DNA of 64,000 nt from Lingula anatina. Lineage: Eukaryota > Animalia > Brachiopoda. Under the pieces are notes generated by a model, which was not told where the DNA came from, made no database searches, and worked only from the letters and a program-made list of their open reading frames with translations. The position numbers were made by a program, and so were the translations under genes. This document shows positions 1-53,430 of the stretch, in pieces. The stretch is taken from positions 2,542,001 through 2,606,000 of the forward strand of contig CM120647.1 of assembly GCA_051362555.1 (NCBI GenBank), written 5' to 3'. Each line of letters opens with the position of its first letter. The first letter of the stretch is position 1.

Positions 1-182
1 AAAATAAGAATATAAAATATTTTAATAATATGTTTATTCATAAAACCCATTTAAAAGGGTAAATTTACACAATAAGATGAATGGAATCCGCCAATCTATA
101 ATGTTCAGCTAATATGTGAAGATAATAAGTATATATTATATAAGGTAAAGTTAAAAACCAGTCAAATCAGTTATAAAACTCC

Positions 183-440
183 TGGAAAAAATAAGTTTTC
201 AGTTTTTTTAATTGCCCTCAGACTCTGTACTTTTAAGTACATTGGTGGCAGTTCCATCCGTTTATAGGGTTAGGTCGCCATACTTTTTTAAAGTCTGGGA
301 TTGCATGATTAAGTGATCTTAAATTACGTTTTGGAGTATAATGTTTGACTAGTTCCTGAAGGTGAGCGGGTGCTGATTGATGAAAATTGCATTCTTTTCT
401 TTCCAATAATATACGTGCTCTAAGAGGGCTCTAAGTTCTT
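183..440 (-). mobile_element. Degenerate 3' fragment of a non-LTR retrotransposon ORF2 (L2/CR1-like)
   Basis: The minus strand gives HQSAPAHLQELVKHYTPKRNLRSL, then frameshifted KKYGD, WN and KKLKTYFF. This matches the C-terminal pattern of CR1/L2-group ORF2 (APxYLxxL..Y.P.R.LRS...GD...WN...FK..LKT.LF). It contains stops and frameshifts. Confidence 0.55.
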
Positions 441-1704
441 TTAAAATTAAAGCTATTGGAAGTAATTTCTCGAGAACAGTATTGAAATAAAAATCAGAAT
501 ACTTAAGTAAAGTGCTGAAGTTTTTGTGTTATTGTAGCTTAATACCACAATGGAATTCAGCGCTGGTGTTCCACTCCCGTCACAGGCCCGCTCCAGTGTG
601 AACATGTGGGAGTTGTGTGGCTTCAACCTTCTCGTCCATCATTATAATTTATCAAACAGTAATTCAGACTTTTATATTCCTTTTTTCAACTTATATAACA
701 GATAGCACATATTTTTATGTTATTTTATGTTGTGCCTCAGTTCTAAGTGAACTCCATTTATCAGCACGGTATCTTTTTATTCAGCATAAAGGGTACTTCA
801 GATTTTGATAACCTTTTTGGTAGTTCTCTTTCTTCTTTTACACCTGTTAAGATCGTTCCTGATTTAAATGCCAAATGACATGAACTTGTATAGCATATTG
901 AATGTCCAATGGCAATTTTTGTTCAAACTTTATTTTTCGAAAGTTTCTTTCCCAGGATTTTCCACACCAGTAGAAATATCACTGCTGGGTACGTTTTCAG
1001 AGAAATGGCACAGTTTGTTGGGGGAGACATATTTTATTATGAATTCCACTACATTTACTTGGGAGTTGAATTTCATTGTAAAATTGATCATGGTCACATT
1101 TCTTATATAAGTATATATTTGACATTAGCAATTACAAAATAATATAAACACAGATATTTTATATTTTCAAATAAAATTTTAATTGTTTTTAATCAGTACA
1201 AAGGTAGATGCATTATGTGCTAATTAGATGCAGGAAGAAACTCATTTTAAGACGATCATAAACCCTTCCAGAACCCTTCACACGGTTAATCTCTGACATG
1301 TGCCTTTTGTTCTTATAATAACTATTCTTGAAGTGTATGCAATGCATTATAGACCAGTATGAATATCAAATTCTGAAGATTTCTATGCCCCGATGCAAAT
1401 GAGAAATGTTAAAAAACGGTTTTGAAATATTTAATCACCTTTTATTCAGCATTTTGAATGTAGCAGTCATTGAAAATCTCAGCAAACTTATTAAAGTGAA
1501 CAATTTCATAGTGTACATCTCATGTGAAACTTTCTGGTGGAAATCTACAAGCCATTTTCAGTTCATACACAGACGGCCTACTTCAGTTTAAATACAAAGA
1601 CTGAAAAAATTATGAAGCTGTAAATACATGTCCATTTTTACTTACAACCTGAGACCATGAATTATCATCACTGGTTGGAAAGAAATGGCAACATTTCCTA
1701 GGTC

Positions 1705-3186
1705 TGGGCCTCAAGTTATAGGGGCTTTCAGAAAATAGGAAAAAAATTTTGAAAATTACAAAAAATAGGAATTTTATTGCAAAAGTATAGGAAAAAATAG
1801 GAATTATTCGCAAGAAAGATTCCCTCTAAACAACCCTAAAGACACACTGGTCTAACACTAAATTGTGTTATTTACTACAAGTAAAGATGCCCTTACTAAT
1901 AGTAAATAACACAATTTAGTGTAACAACAATCATCTGTCTAAAAAACTTTTAAACAACAACACAGTTAACTTTATAATCGATACTGTAACAGTACTGTAA
2001 CATCCTTCATAACATTTAACATACATTCCATACACTGTGCTATTATGTAGTCAAAACAACATAAACTGTCAAAAACATCACTTTTTAACATTTTGTGGTT
2101 TTTGATCTTCATCTATGAATAATGAGGTTTTTCACTGGACAACTTTCTTTTGTCCCTACTGCTGACTATTTTGCTGAGATACTTTTCCAGGATTCTTAAG
2201 CAACAATTGCCATTTGCTATTTAGAGCTGAGTGGGTTGGTGATAGCTAATGGGAATTAACAACCTAAACAGGAGTTTCATTGCAGGAACAAGAAAATACT
2301 TGTAGCAAGCACTGCAACAAGAATTGTGAATGATTTGGCCAGTTTTAACCCTTTCTCTCATTGTTTGCATACCCATTTTTTTCTCAGCTCTGAACTATTT
2401 TCAGTATGGAAGAAGATACAAGGAACTGCCCATTAGAGCTTTCTGAGAGTCAAAGTCAAAAAAGGTTACAAATAGGATACAAGTAAAAATTAATTAACCA
2501 ACTTACAAATATCTAATTTCATTATAAGAAAAAATGAGAAAAACTGGTGAAGAGCTTCAAATTGTTTGTAACTATTTTTATAATTCTACAATCTTCACTT
2601 CATATTGCATATATCAGTACAGGATTAAACCTACTCTCCACAATCTCCTGTGCACATGGAATACACTGAAAGGTGAGGCGAGGGCCTGCAGCTAAGAAGT
2701 TTTCAGTTGTGGAGCTTGCAAAAAGTTTCTACATATTTCTACAAGCACAAACAAATCACAGTATAAACTGTTGTTCTTTTGTAGTTGATGGATTATAATA
2801 CTTTCTTCTCATCCTTGGTCAGTGTTTTGATGAACTTGCATGTGGCATCCCACTGCAGGTCCAGGTCTGATGCTTGGCCAGTGAACTTCAGTGTATTCCA
2901 CACATGTAGTCATCTAAACATCTCATTTTGGGGCATGGATCAAGTTTTCGTAAATAGGTCCAAGCACGGTTAGTTAATATCTTTGCCAAACTTCTCCTAA
3001 CCTTCATATTAAACAGTTAAATATTGACTGAGGTGTCAAGATTTTATTTCACAATTTAACCGACATGACTTGGCATATAACATCATTTCTAGATTAAAAA
3101 AATTGGAAAAATAGGAAAAAATAGGAATAATCTCAAAAGAATAGGAAAAATTTAATAAAAATCAGAGCATCATAACCTGGGAGGTT
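1705..3186. mobile_element. Possible degenerate non-autonomous DNA transposon
   Basis: Imperfect inverted ends (cctcaagttatag vs revcomp cctcccaggttatg). Clusters of the subterminal motif AATAGGAA occur near both ends (1733-1805, 3105-3150). No clean TSD or transposase ORF was seen. Confidence 0.35.
1855..1922. repeat. 68-nt hairpin with 23-bp perfect inverted arms
   Basis: acactaaattgtgttatttacta ... tagtaaataacacaatttagtgt; the loop can pair further (agtaa/ttact). Confidence 0.85.
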
Positions 3187-4619
3187 AAACTGTGCATGGT
3201 AGACGACTGGGTTCCAATATTAAAGCAAAAAGTTGTATGCACCTTAGTTATAAGAAGTCCAAATGTCAGATATGCAGATTATCAAGTCTGTTGGAATTGC
3301 AATTTTATAACCTCTTATCAACTTTCATCACTTCAAGTAACCCAACAACACTTGTGAAAATGCTCACTTTGCATTTTTAATATATTTTAACCATATTCTT
3401 GGGTTGAAGTTTCTTACTGAATCAACATTAATTATACAAAAACAACTTTTAGCAGAAAAATATAAGACATAACAATATGACCATCAAATTAAAAATGGAT
3501 AAACATTAATGAATTTAATAATAACTACAAAATACTGTTAAAAATAAAATCTTTTAAATTAGATGAATTTACACCCATTTAAATTCAGATAGTTGTTTGC
3601 TGATTTTCCTAGTATACTTTTTCACAACTGATAGATTTAACCATTGTGAAAAAATTCTTACATTTAAGCCTAGATCACATTTGCCATGGATGCCATATAC
3701 AATTTTTAGAGTGGTTATTATGACACTGTAAGTGGCCACGGCAAGAACTTCTACATTTAGTATGGGTGCTGTGCTACTTCACTTACATGACCTTTAGCAC
3801 AAAGGAAAAATTCTTTTTGTCAGTGATTAGTAATTGTACAGAGCCCTATCAGTGTCAGTGCAGCTGCTGTATGGCTTCCTTGATGATTGTGATCTTGTCA
3901 GTGTAGATTCCTTAGATATTTAATGCCCATGTGGTCAGAATGAGGAAGCGCACAACTCTAAATTCATGCTAGTGAATTACACTAAGTTTTATATATCTTT
4001 ACTTTTATTACACCTCCTTAAACCACTGAAGGTGGAAGGAAAACAGACCAACAACAGATGCAAACATTATCAAAATCATCTCAAGTCCTGCAAATAATGT
4101 GTGTACTGGAACTGTGCTATGCCATGCACAATAATGCTACGGCTAGGACTTTCAAAATTTGTCAAAAGTTTTTGCTTCACTAAGTCCTCTGGGCTACAGA
4201 GTCTGTAAATTCAAGCAACTTAATATAATTTCACATGGCCTCCATCTGCCTCGGCTCAGAAGCTGCATGAAAAGGGATTTACGGGCAGTACACACGTGCT
4301 GTATGGAAACAGCATGGCAAATGTAATCTAGGCTTAATCCAATTCTACCTGCAAAAATAGAAATTGATCCCAGGAAGGATTCTACTGGCATTCAGAAGCC
4401 TTTACCCTTCAAGTCTTTCTTTACAATATCTTTCATCATGAACTTTAATTTCCACTGACAGAATGATTCTGAGGAGTAATTCTCCACTATTCTCCACAAT
4501 GACTTGAGGTTTGTCAGCATTGGTATTTGGTGTATCATACAATGACAAGGGGAAGATTATTTCACTACTTCTCATTGTACATTCTCAACAATTCATCAAA
4601 CCATCAGAGTGGTTCTCAG

Positions 4620-44644
<40,025 letters not shown>

Positions 44645-44650
<6 letters not shown>

Positions 44651-44800
44651 CTTGAACTTCTTAAGGAAATGCCCGTATGAAGGTCAGACGAACTTTTCTG
44701 TCCAATCATTGAGCGAGGAACTCGAAACTGCGGTATAGGTGCTCAGGGAGAGATGTGAGGTAGGAGAGGTAAGGATGGGGTGAAGTCGCGGTTTGTCTCT
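44645..44800. promoter_or_regulatory. Putative bidirectional promoter for SMCHD1 and the STPR-like gene
   Basis: The divergent ATGs are ~490 nt apart and the region is locally CpG-enriched. There is a CCAAT at 44702 and a YY1-type AAGATGGCG overlapping the SMCHD1 ATG. A plus-strand donor GAG|GTAAGG near 44769 and an acceptor at 45107 suggest a 5' UTR intron. Confidence 0.65.
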
Positions 44801-45141
44801 CAGATACTCTTGGTGATCATGAGGACTTTGGGAGTTGGGGATTTTCAGTGCATTAGTAGCTTTTCTTAGAATGTGTTGCTTATGGTAGACTCAAATGATT
44901 TTCTTCATTCATTGTTAGAGGTTAGAGAAAGGGTCTGTTGAAAAACATTCAGTGAGACACCACTGCGACTTGTCTGCCTCAATTGCCAGATCCAAATGAC
45001 CAGGTTTTATTTTACAGTTATCAAAAGATTGGGCATATGAGACATACTTTTTTGGCAACGTACATTCATGAGCGTGACACATGCATTTTTTTACCTCCTA
45101 TTTTCAGAAGCAGATGTGAAGTAGTGCCACTTAGCTGCGCC

Positions 45142-47381
45142 ATGGCAAATGAGGATGAAAACTCAAACGAAAGTAGTTTAGATTGCCTGCAAGGAGAGGA
45201 TAGCGAGCAGGCGCTGGATATGACCTCCATAGGGGTCATCACAACCACCTTGGACTTGCCTTCCAGCCTTAGTAGCAACATCAGTGAAGAGGAGTTGCTT
45301 GAAAACTTGGAAAATCGGAAAGTATTATCAAGTTTGCCCTCCCCATCAACACAACCCTCCCTGCAGGCAGATATTCTAGCTGGGAAAATACACAGTGCAA
45401 TGAATGCAAGCATCTGCCTTTCTGGGGATAACATCAGTCAGCAGAGTCTATTATCCTCGGATATGAACTCCACCACTGATAACCAGCAGACTAGTTTGGC
45501 ATCTTCTGATGTCCATCCACCCTCCAGTAACACAAATGAGCCAAGCATGTGCTCAATCATTGGTCTGACAGGGAAAGTCCCTAGAAAGTCAACGCCAAGA
45601 AAGATTCAACCCAAACCCAGTCCATTTAATACCATTGAAACTGTGTCTCCACTGCAACAGGCTGTAAATTCTAGCAGTCGGTTAAATAGAAGCATCTCAA
45701 TGGGAAATGAGCTTGAAAAGACTGTATATGTGGTAACAGTAGATAATTTAGACATTCTGAATAGCTTACAAGAGAGTGGACTACACGTGGAACTGGCTAC
45801 CAGTAGTAAGTAGACTATTTAGACACTATTTAGACTATTTGATCACAGATTATATCGATTTTTATAATGAGATATAAGAATCCTAGTTCAGCACTTGATA
45901 TCCTAACAGCACCTACCCAAAATGTTTTTAAATAAGGGCGGTTAAAAGAATTAATGTGATTGTACCTGTGTTGTAATTGACAGTTTTGCATAAGTCTGGT
46001 ATTTTATGGATTTGGGCCCTTTTGTAATTTTCAACTTTGCATTTCTTATGAAAAAATGATCCTCTGACACATTTTATATGAATTTTACGAGTGATGAATG
46101 AAATAAAAACTATTTCCTGTGTTCCTACAGAGGCAGCAGGTTCTCCTCCTCACCAGGCAGTTGTCATAGAGAACCACTTCAATGATACAGAACTCCTGGG
46201 CTCCGTTGCTGCGGAGACAGAGGTTACAACAACTTTCCAAGGTCTGGCTGATCTCCAGAGGGCGTCGGTGTCACAGGGGGGATGCAGTGGTGGACTGGCA
46301 ACTTTAGATGCAATTGGTACTATTATAGATGTGCAGTCTGGGGGCAGTCAGCTGTGGGAGACAGATGTTGTCAAAATGCCAGGGTGGGTGTGTGTGGAAA
46401 TCATTATCACGGACTAAAGATGTCAACAGGAGACTTATATGATAATGTAAACTGTTTTTTAATTCGATTGAAATAATTATCGACTAAAATTTTGTTGTAT
46501 AATTATCTTGTTATTCACTGATTTTGTAATGACTTTTAATTCATTTAGTCCAATTAATGTTGGCTTGGAACCAGTTTTGCCAAGAGTTATACTTAGGAGG
46601 GTGTTTATGTGTTTTGATACATGACAACTCTTTCAGATTGTAAACCTATTATTTAGTTATTACAATGTTTCTTGGAATACTGTAGATGACATAGATAGTT
46701 ATTTGATAATTTCAGAGTTGAAGACTCCAGTGATAATGACTTGAACACCTCACAGGAATCGTTTGTGGCCTTGGTGCCCCTGGGTGACGGCAGTCTGCCC
46801 CCCACCCCCCGGGAACAAGAGTTAGCCCTGAGAAGTTTCAACAAGAGAATGCGGGACAGAGAGAAGAAGAGACTGCTGAGAAAAGATCCAGATTACAGGT
46901 TATTTATGTTGTTAGAACTGAAATAAGTTATTGGAGGAAATGGGTGCATCTTTACCCTCCCTGAAGAGTTCAATAAAAGTATAAAAGATACTTGATGAAA
47001 GTCAATGAGTTATTTAAAATGGCAACTATTTGAAGTAGTACATTCTGTATTGGTGGATATTTTGTAGTATTTATTATTTGATGCAGGTTGAAGGAAAAAG
47101 AAGCAGCAAAACAAAGAATGAAGCTGCGCAGACTGGATCCCTTGTACAGAGAACATGAACGCCAGCGTGATCGGGCACGGCGGAGAGTGGTGCGAGAAAC
47201 AAACCCTAACCAGCGTGCAAAAGAAAGAGAACGGGACAGAATCTACAAACGCCGCCACAGGGTGTTGTCTGTGGACTATGTTATGTCTGAGGTTGAAGTT
47301 TCAGACTCCGTCAATGAATCTTTATCAGCATTTTGTAGCGATATTGTTGATCTCCCTTCTACAGCTGAGTCAAATTCTTAA
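45142..47381 (+). CDS. Uncharacterised ~464-aa protein: acidic/Ser-rich disordered N-terminus and a C-terminal STPR-like basic helical repeat (ZNF821/FMBP-1 type)
   Basis: Exons 45142-45805, 46131-46383, 46716-46898 and 47087-47381 are GT-AG and phase-consistent. The C-terminus RMRDREKKRLLRKDPDYRLKEKEAAKQRMKLRRLDPLYREHERQRDRARRRVVRETNPNQRAKERERDRIYKRR has ~21-22-aa periodicity. Confidence 0.8.
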
Positions 47382-50300
47382 TATTGAACTTCATGTCTGT
47401 GTTATTGTCACCACTGACTGGAGATTGGCTGCAGGATTTTGAGGACTTGTAGACTTTCTCACACTTTATGTAACACTTGAGTCTTGAACAGTGGACAGTG
47501 GTGGTATAGCTCGCTATTTTCAGGCTGTTGCTCCAATGTGAAAAAGTGAGGCCATCAGTAGGAATAACATAGACATATAACATAAACAGAGATCAAACTA
47601 TAAAAACTTTTCATTAATGTCAAAAGTAAACTGTTTGGAATGTTCCATTGTTGCAGAACAATTTCTTTGAAGGGAAAGGTGCTTTTATTAGTTTATTATG
47701 AATATTTTGTTGAAGTCAATACCTAAATTGATTTTTTGTTAGCTTGATGTGCACAATCCACATATTGTATAACTTGTTGTAAGACGAGTTCTGAGGGATG
47801 GAGAAGAGCTGGAGATGGTAGTTCTCTTATTCTCATCATGAGCAGCAGCTGGCAAATATGCTGAATGATACAGATCTCATGTTTCCAAGTCAAGTCCTCA
47901 AATTGGTTTATCCACTTGTGAATTAAATAGATTGCATTTTCTATATGATATTATTACACTAAAGAGTCTGCCATGGAGTTGTAGAAGCAACTGTGGAGTA
48001 GTTATACCTACATTGAATAATAATTCTTTCATTCATTAACTTACAGTCATCTTGTGGAATAGGTTAGTTGTCACTGGTAATGTTCCACTCAAGCAGCTCT
48101 CTACAATGTGGTGTCCAGTTCTCCAGCAGAGACCAATGTCAGTTGTAAATTGTGGTGTCCAGTTCTCCTGCACTGACCAATGTCAGTTGTACAATGTGGT
48201 GTCAAGTTCTCCATAAGTTTGCTTAACTAAGCCGACATTTTACCATCTTTACCATCATAATGTGCCATGGTGTATTACTCTTTATGTCAGCAAATCCAAC
48301 AAAGAATTTAATTGGAATTATTTCTCTCCAAAGTTACAATAGTTTATTCAAACACAGCTGTTACCGCTCTGTAGTGCCACAGTGCTGCTAGTCTCAGTCC
48401 GTGGTGAAAACGTCTTGCCAGATAATGAAATGTTGGACTGGTAATAATTCCCAAGTTTATCTGTTCTGTTTGTTTATTGAAATTATTAATACTCAATGTT
48501 TGTAATCAATTGCTACAGGCTGCACGATTGGTCAGAAAGACTGCTATGTTATGACACAAACCAGTGTCCAGAGACTGACCTGAACCCTGGCAGGACCTAG
48601 AGTATTCATAGCTCACGTTCATCAGTTCATTACTGATTAAAACTTTCCATACATATCATGTGTAAATTATACTTAATGGTTTGCAATGAGACAAAATTAA
48701 AATTGTGATATTTCATATTGAAATAAATGTTTTAAACATGACATGCCTTTATTTGAAGGATGAAGACTCCTCCATTTTCATAAACGTTATGAAATGTGTC
48801 AATCTTGTTCAAGGATGAAGTTATGCCCCATACCGATTGCTATTTCACCTCAAAATTGGAAGGTGTTAAATAGATGATGTAACGTTTTGAGATGCCTATG
48901 CATATACATTACAAGGATAAAAAATAAATGCAAATATTTTATATTTTTGAGGAGATATTTTATTGTTTTAAATCCGCACAAAGATGTATTTTTGAATAAT
49001 TAGATGCAGGAAAAACATCTCTTTTGGTACCTGGATGATAATAAAGGCTTACAATACCCTAAAAGATATAAAAATCATTTTACTCTGTATTTGAAATCTC
49101 AATTTTGCAACAAAACTGGACTGATTGCCACCATATAGTTTGAAATAGTATAAAAGGGCATCCTTTCACATTTCATAAAAAGCGATATTTGAACATATGT
49201 TTTCTGTCTTCTTAGTGTTTGATATGTATATCTCTTGGCAGTCTCATTTAAATAAGTATGCTATAGCGCACACAGTTACCTCCATACTTCAGAGTGAGAG
49301 TGATGCTTATGTAAATCATGCACAGTACTGTCATTAGTGACTTTTGAACTGAGGGAAGGGAAATGGGTAACTTTCCGACAAGAAATTTGAAGTTGCAGTT
49401 TTGAAGCCCATTTTCGACAGAATGTGAGATAGTTTGAATTATGACTTGGCAAGTTAACTTAATTTTTATATAAAACTAGTAGAAGTGCTTTATATGCATT
49501 ACAGGAAATCACTTTATGTTAACACTGCTACAGACCATTTTGTGCACTGTCATCATTAACACCATTCCAGGAAAACTGATTTTTCTCAAACTTGCATGAA
49601 TGATTCATAGTGCTAAGATACAATTCAAGTAAGAAAAGTTAATTTACTTTTCAATTCAATATTTCTATCAGAGATTTTGACCCTACTGATTCAACTTCAC
49701 AGACTGCAAATAACCAAATCTTCATTTCTAGGCCCAAGAGAATGACATTCTTCTGTCATACAGTGAAATGGAAACCAGGACTTGTTATCCTCCACATTTC
49801 TGGAGCAATTTATAACATTAGAATACTGGCCAAGTTGGAATATCAGCTTCACTCGTTCAGTTTTGCTTAAATAATGAAATTGTTCCTTTCCCAGCAAGTA
49901 TGCTGTATGTACGTCTTTATGCAGAAGACACAGAAGTCATTTCTATTCCTCTTGCTTCATGGACAGATTCCTAATGCTGCACTACAGGCCAATTTCAGCT
50001 TGTTTGACCTATCATTATTAACTTCATAACTGTTTTTTAAATCTTTTTCAGTCTTAATGTTAAAATCTAGAATATTTCCTTCTCAAACTGGCTGAAGTGA
50101 TTCATAGCATCACAGACAGATTTAGCCTGGACAATTATTTAATCGTGAGAAACACAGACAGTGACAGATTTCAAAAAGCTTTAATAACTCATTCTCCTTT
50201 GTGTTCACATAATGCAGTATACACTATTTCTGGATGCTGGCACTTTCTCATCTGGTAACTATCTTGTTCACTTGTCTTGCGCTGCTTTGTAATTAATATG

Positions 50301-50474
50301 CCAAACTGGAAATAATCCCACTTTAAAAGTTCTCTGATATTTATGAAGGAACCATCCAGTCCCTGGTCGTCCATGACCATCACTCTGTTTGGATGTGAAC
50401 ATTGCTATGTTGCAATGCCCAGGTTTTCTACCTGCCATAAACAGCTGCCTGTCTCCAGGTCACCTCTCGTTGTG

Positions 50475-51815
50475 CTAGCTGATGGCAGGGAGTTTGGGAG
50501 GAGGCATTAAATCAGAGTCTTGTCCAGATGGTTTTCTTTTCAGTTCTCGTGGACATGCATTGTCTTTTTTATATGCTTTATTGTTGATGGTTTCAAAGAG
50601 AATTTCCTTTGTGACTGGGTTCCTGATACTTTCACAAACTCCTGAAGAAGAAGAAAAAAATGGCTATTTTTGTGAAGCTTGATAATTTTAAGTAGTCGTA
50701 AGATCTGCAGTTTTAAAATAGAGTTGGCAATTTATTTTTATTTTAAAATCTCCACCTCTTTACATAACCTGTCACAGAGTATGTAGACAGATATTTAAAT
50801 AAATAAATATATTTTTATGAAGTCAATGACATCTGGGAAAATGCAAGACAAATTTTTTAAAAACTAGCTATACAAAGGCCCAGCAATAATTGTGTGTCTT
50901 GAAGGGACCACCTACTGTGACTCACCCATAGCTGTGGTATATGCATTAGGAAATGACTTATCTGTCCTCTCCCTCATAAACCTCCACTGGTTGGTGTTCA
51001 AGTCAAAATGGCATTCTATTATCTTCCCATCATATTGCTTTAATTCTTTGGTAATTTTTATTTCAGCGAAAGGTGATTTCAGACTCCCCACATATAGGTA
51101 ACCTTTCCACTCTGGAAGACAGCTGGAAAAGAGAGAAAATAGAATGCTTTTAAAACCACCATGATTCAGGACTTCAGCTAGGAGCACTTTCTACTTAAAA
51201 TGCAGCTAAAATGCAGATGCCAGCACTGTATTCTTTGCCACTGGGATATTCCAAAACCCAAGCAGACCAAAACTTTTTTGTGCAAACAACAATGGCATCC
51301 ATTCCAGAGGACAGTCCCAACTGTTTCCTTCCTGCTCACCCATTCTAAGATACTGTCATCAGAACACTGGGACTGAAGCAATTCAGTGGTCACTTTCATT
51401 TATTACAAGTTAAAATATATCCATAAATGCTTACATTTTGTAATTATAGAACTTCTCCTCCATTTCTTTTAAATGAAATAATTATCTTAATACTGGTACA
51501 ATGAAAATAAACATATAAAGTAGAAATCCCTTTTTTTGTTGTTTGGCATTCCATTTTTTTATTTAGGAAATATGACCCCCTAATAATGATGTTCCATTAA
51601 ACATGCGCATTATTTTGCTGCTATACTGATAAAATCAAAAGTAAGCCTTCCAAGAAAATTTCCTGGTATCAACTAGTAGTTCCTATTGATGTGATTAGAT
51701 AGGTGGTTGCTTCACAATTACAGCATGGCTAGGCTTTGCTGTCATGTTCTATCATTTAGAAGGCAATTATTTAATTTCCTATCCTCTTCTAATCTCTCTC
51801 TCTCTCTCTCTCTCT

Positions 51816-51851
<36 letters not shown>

Positions 51852-53378
51852 CATACCTTTCCCTGATCCAAGTTTTGTGTTGATTGCTGTTCATGTGAGG
51901 GAGATCTGCTTTAAGTCGATAATATATCCAAAAATGTTGCTGTTAAGTCATCAGCTTAAATAACCACATTCCCCATGACATAGTATTGATGTGACAGCAT
52001 TATGTTATCTTATTCCTATCTCAATACCAGACCTTATCTTACATGACATAGTATTGATGTGACTGTTGATATCTAGAGACTTCTAGTTAACAGTCATAAA
52101 CATCAGATTTATTTGTAAATTATCTCAAGAATACATGCTCTAAAGAGCTTTTTAACTTATTTTTTTTACTATTATATTTATATTCCTAACTGTATGTAAC
52201 AATATTTAACTTTTAAAGGTGGCTCTAACAATAAATCAAGGACCACTGACCCTGGTTTGTGTTCTTTAACAATACTCAGCTTGAAGTCCACAGAGTTTAG
52301 ACTGGGGGGTTTCCACTTCAGCATGTCTTGGCAACGACCTGGGAAATATTTCTGGAACACAAAAATAAAATGTCACAGATAAAAATTGTTACAAAATAAT
52401 TATGACTTAATAATAAATACTGATGTTGAAATTAATGTCTAAATTTTATTTGTTATGATGATAACAATTTATAAAATGCAAAATTATATATGCACAATTT
52501 CAATTGCACTGAAGCAAATTCTTCGTCATAATATAAAAATAGTGTCAGCAATGTCACAGTGATCTAAATCCACATCAATAATCCACCATGTCTTAGAGCC
52601 CATTCCCACAGATATTTAGATCGATCTATCCCCCTGGAGAGTCTCACTAGATTGGTGTCAGCTTAACAGGCTTAAATGTCTGTCCCTCCTACTAAAAGCT
52701 GTAAGGGGGTAATTAACTATGGTGCACGCTCGACTGACAGCAATTTAGCGTGATCCCCCAGGAAGTTAGGTCGATCCAGATGGATCGATCTAAATCTGTG
52801 GGAATGCAGTCTTATTTATTATGCCCATCTATGGGATTATGTGGGAGAGTGTGTGCAGAACATACATCTTCTTGTCCTGCTGGCTGGAATATCAAACCAT
52901 CTGTCTCATGACTCACTTCTTTGGCAAATTTACCATCAAGAAGCTGAAAGGAAAAGAAATATTAAAATAGTTTTGATGTTTCACTTATTTTTTCTTGATA
53001 TTATACAAAATATAATTATACCTAATTTTGTATGCTTCACAAAAAGTATTTCTTTCAGATGTTGAAAAAATTAAAGGCTGCTTAAAAAATAAATAATATT
53101 AATAAAGAAAAAATACTTAGTTGAAAAAAAAAAACAATAGCAAACAACTTGGGAGGTATATAGAAATCACCTGCTTTTGATAGCCTGGTGTTTGTTATAT
53201 TATCTATTATATACAAGACATTCATTAACCTTTCTATCTCAGATAAAATAGAAACTCCTCTAGTTTAGGTGTGGTTGCTTCACAATTACAGCATGCTCAT
53301 GCTTTGCTGTCATGTTCTATCATTTAGAATAAAGGCAATTATTTAATTTCCTATCCTCTTCTAATCTCTCTCTCTCTC

Positions 53379-53430
<52 letters not shown>

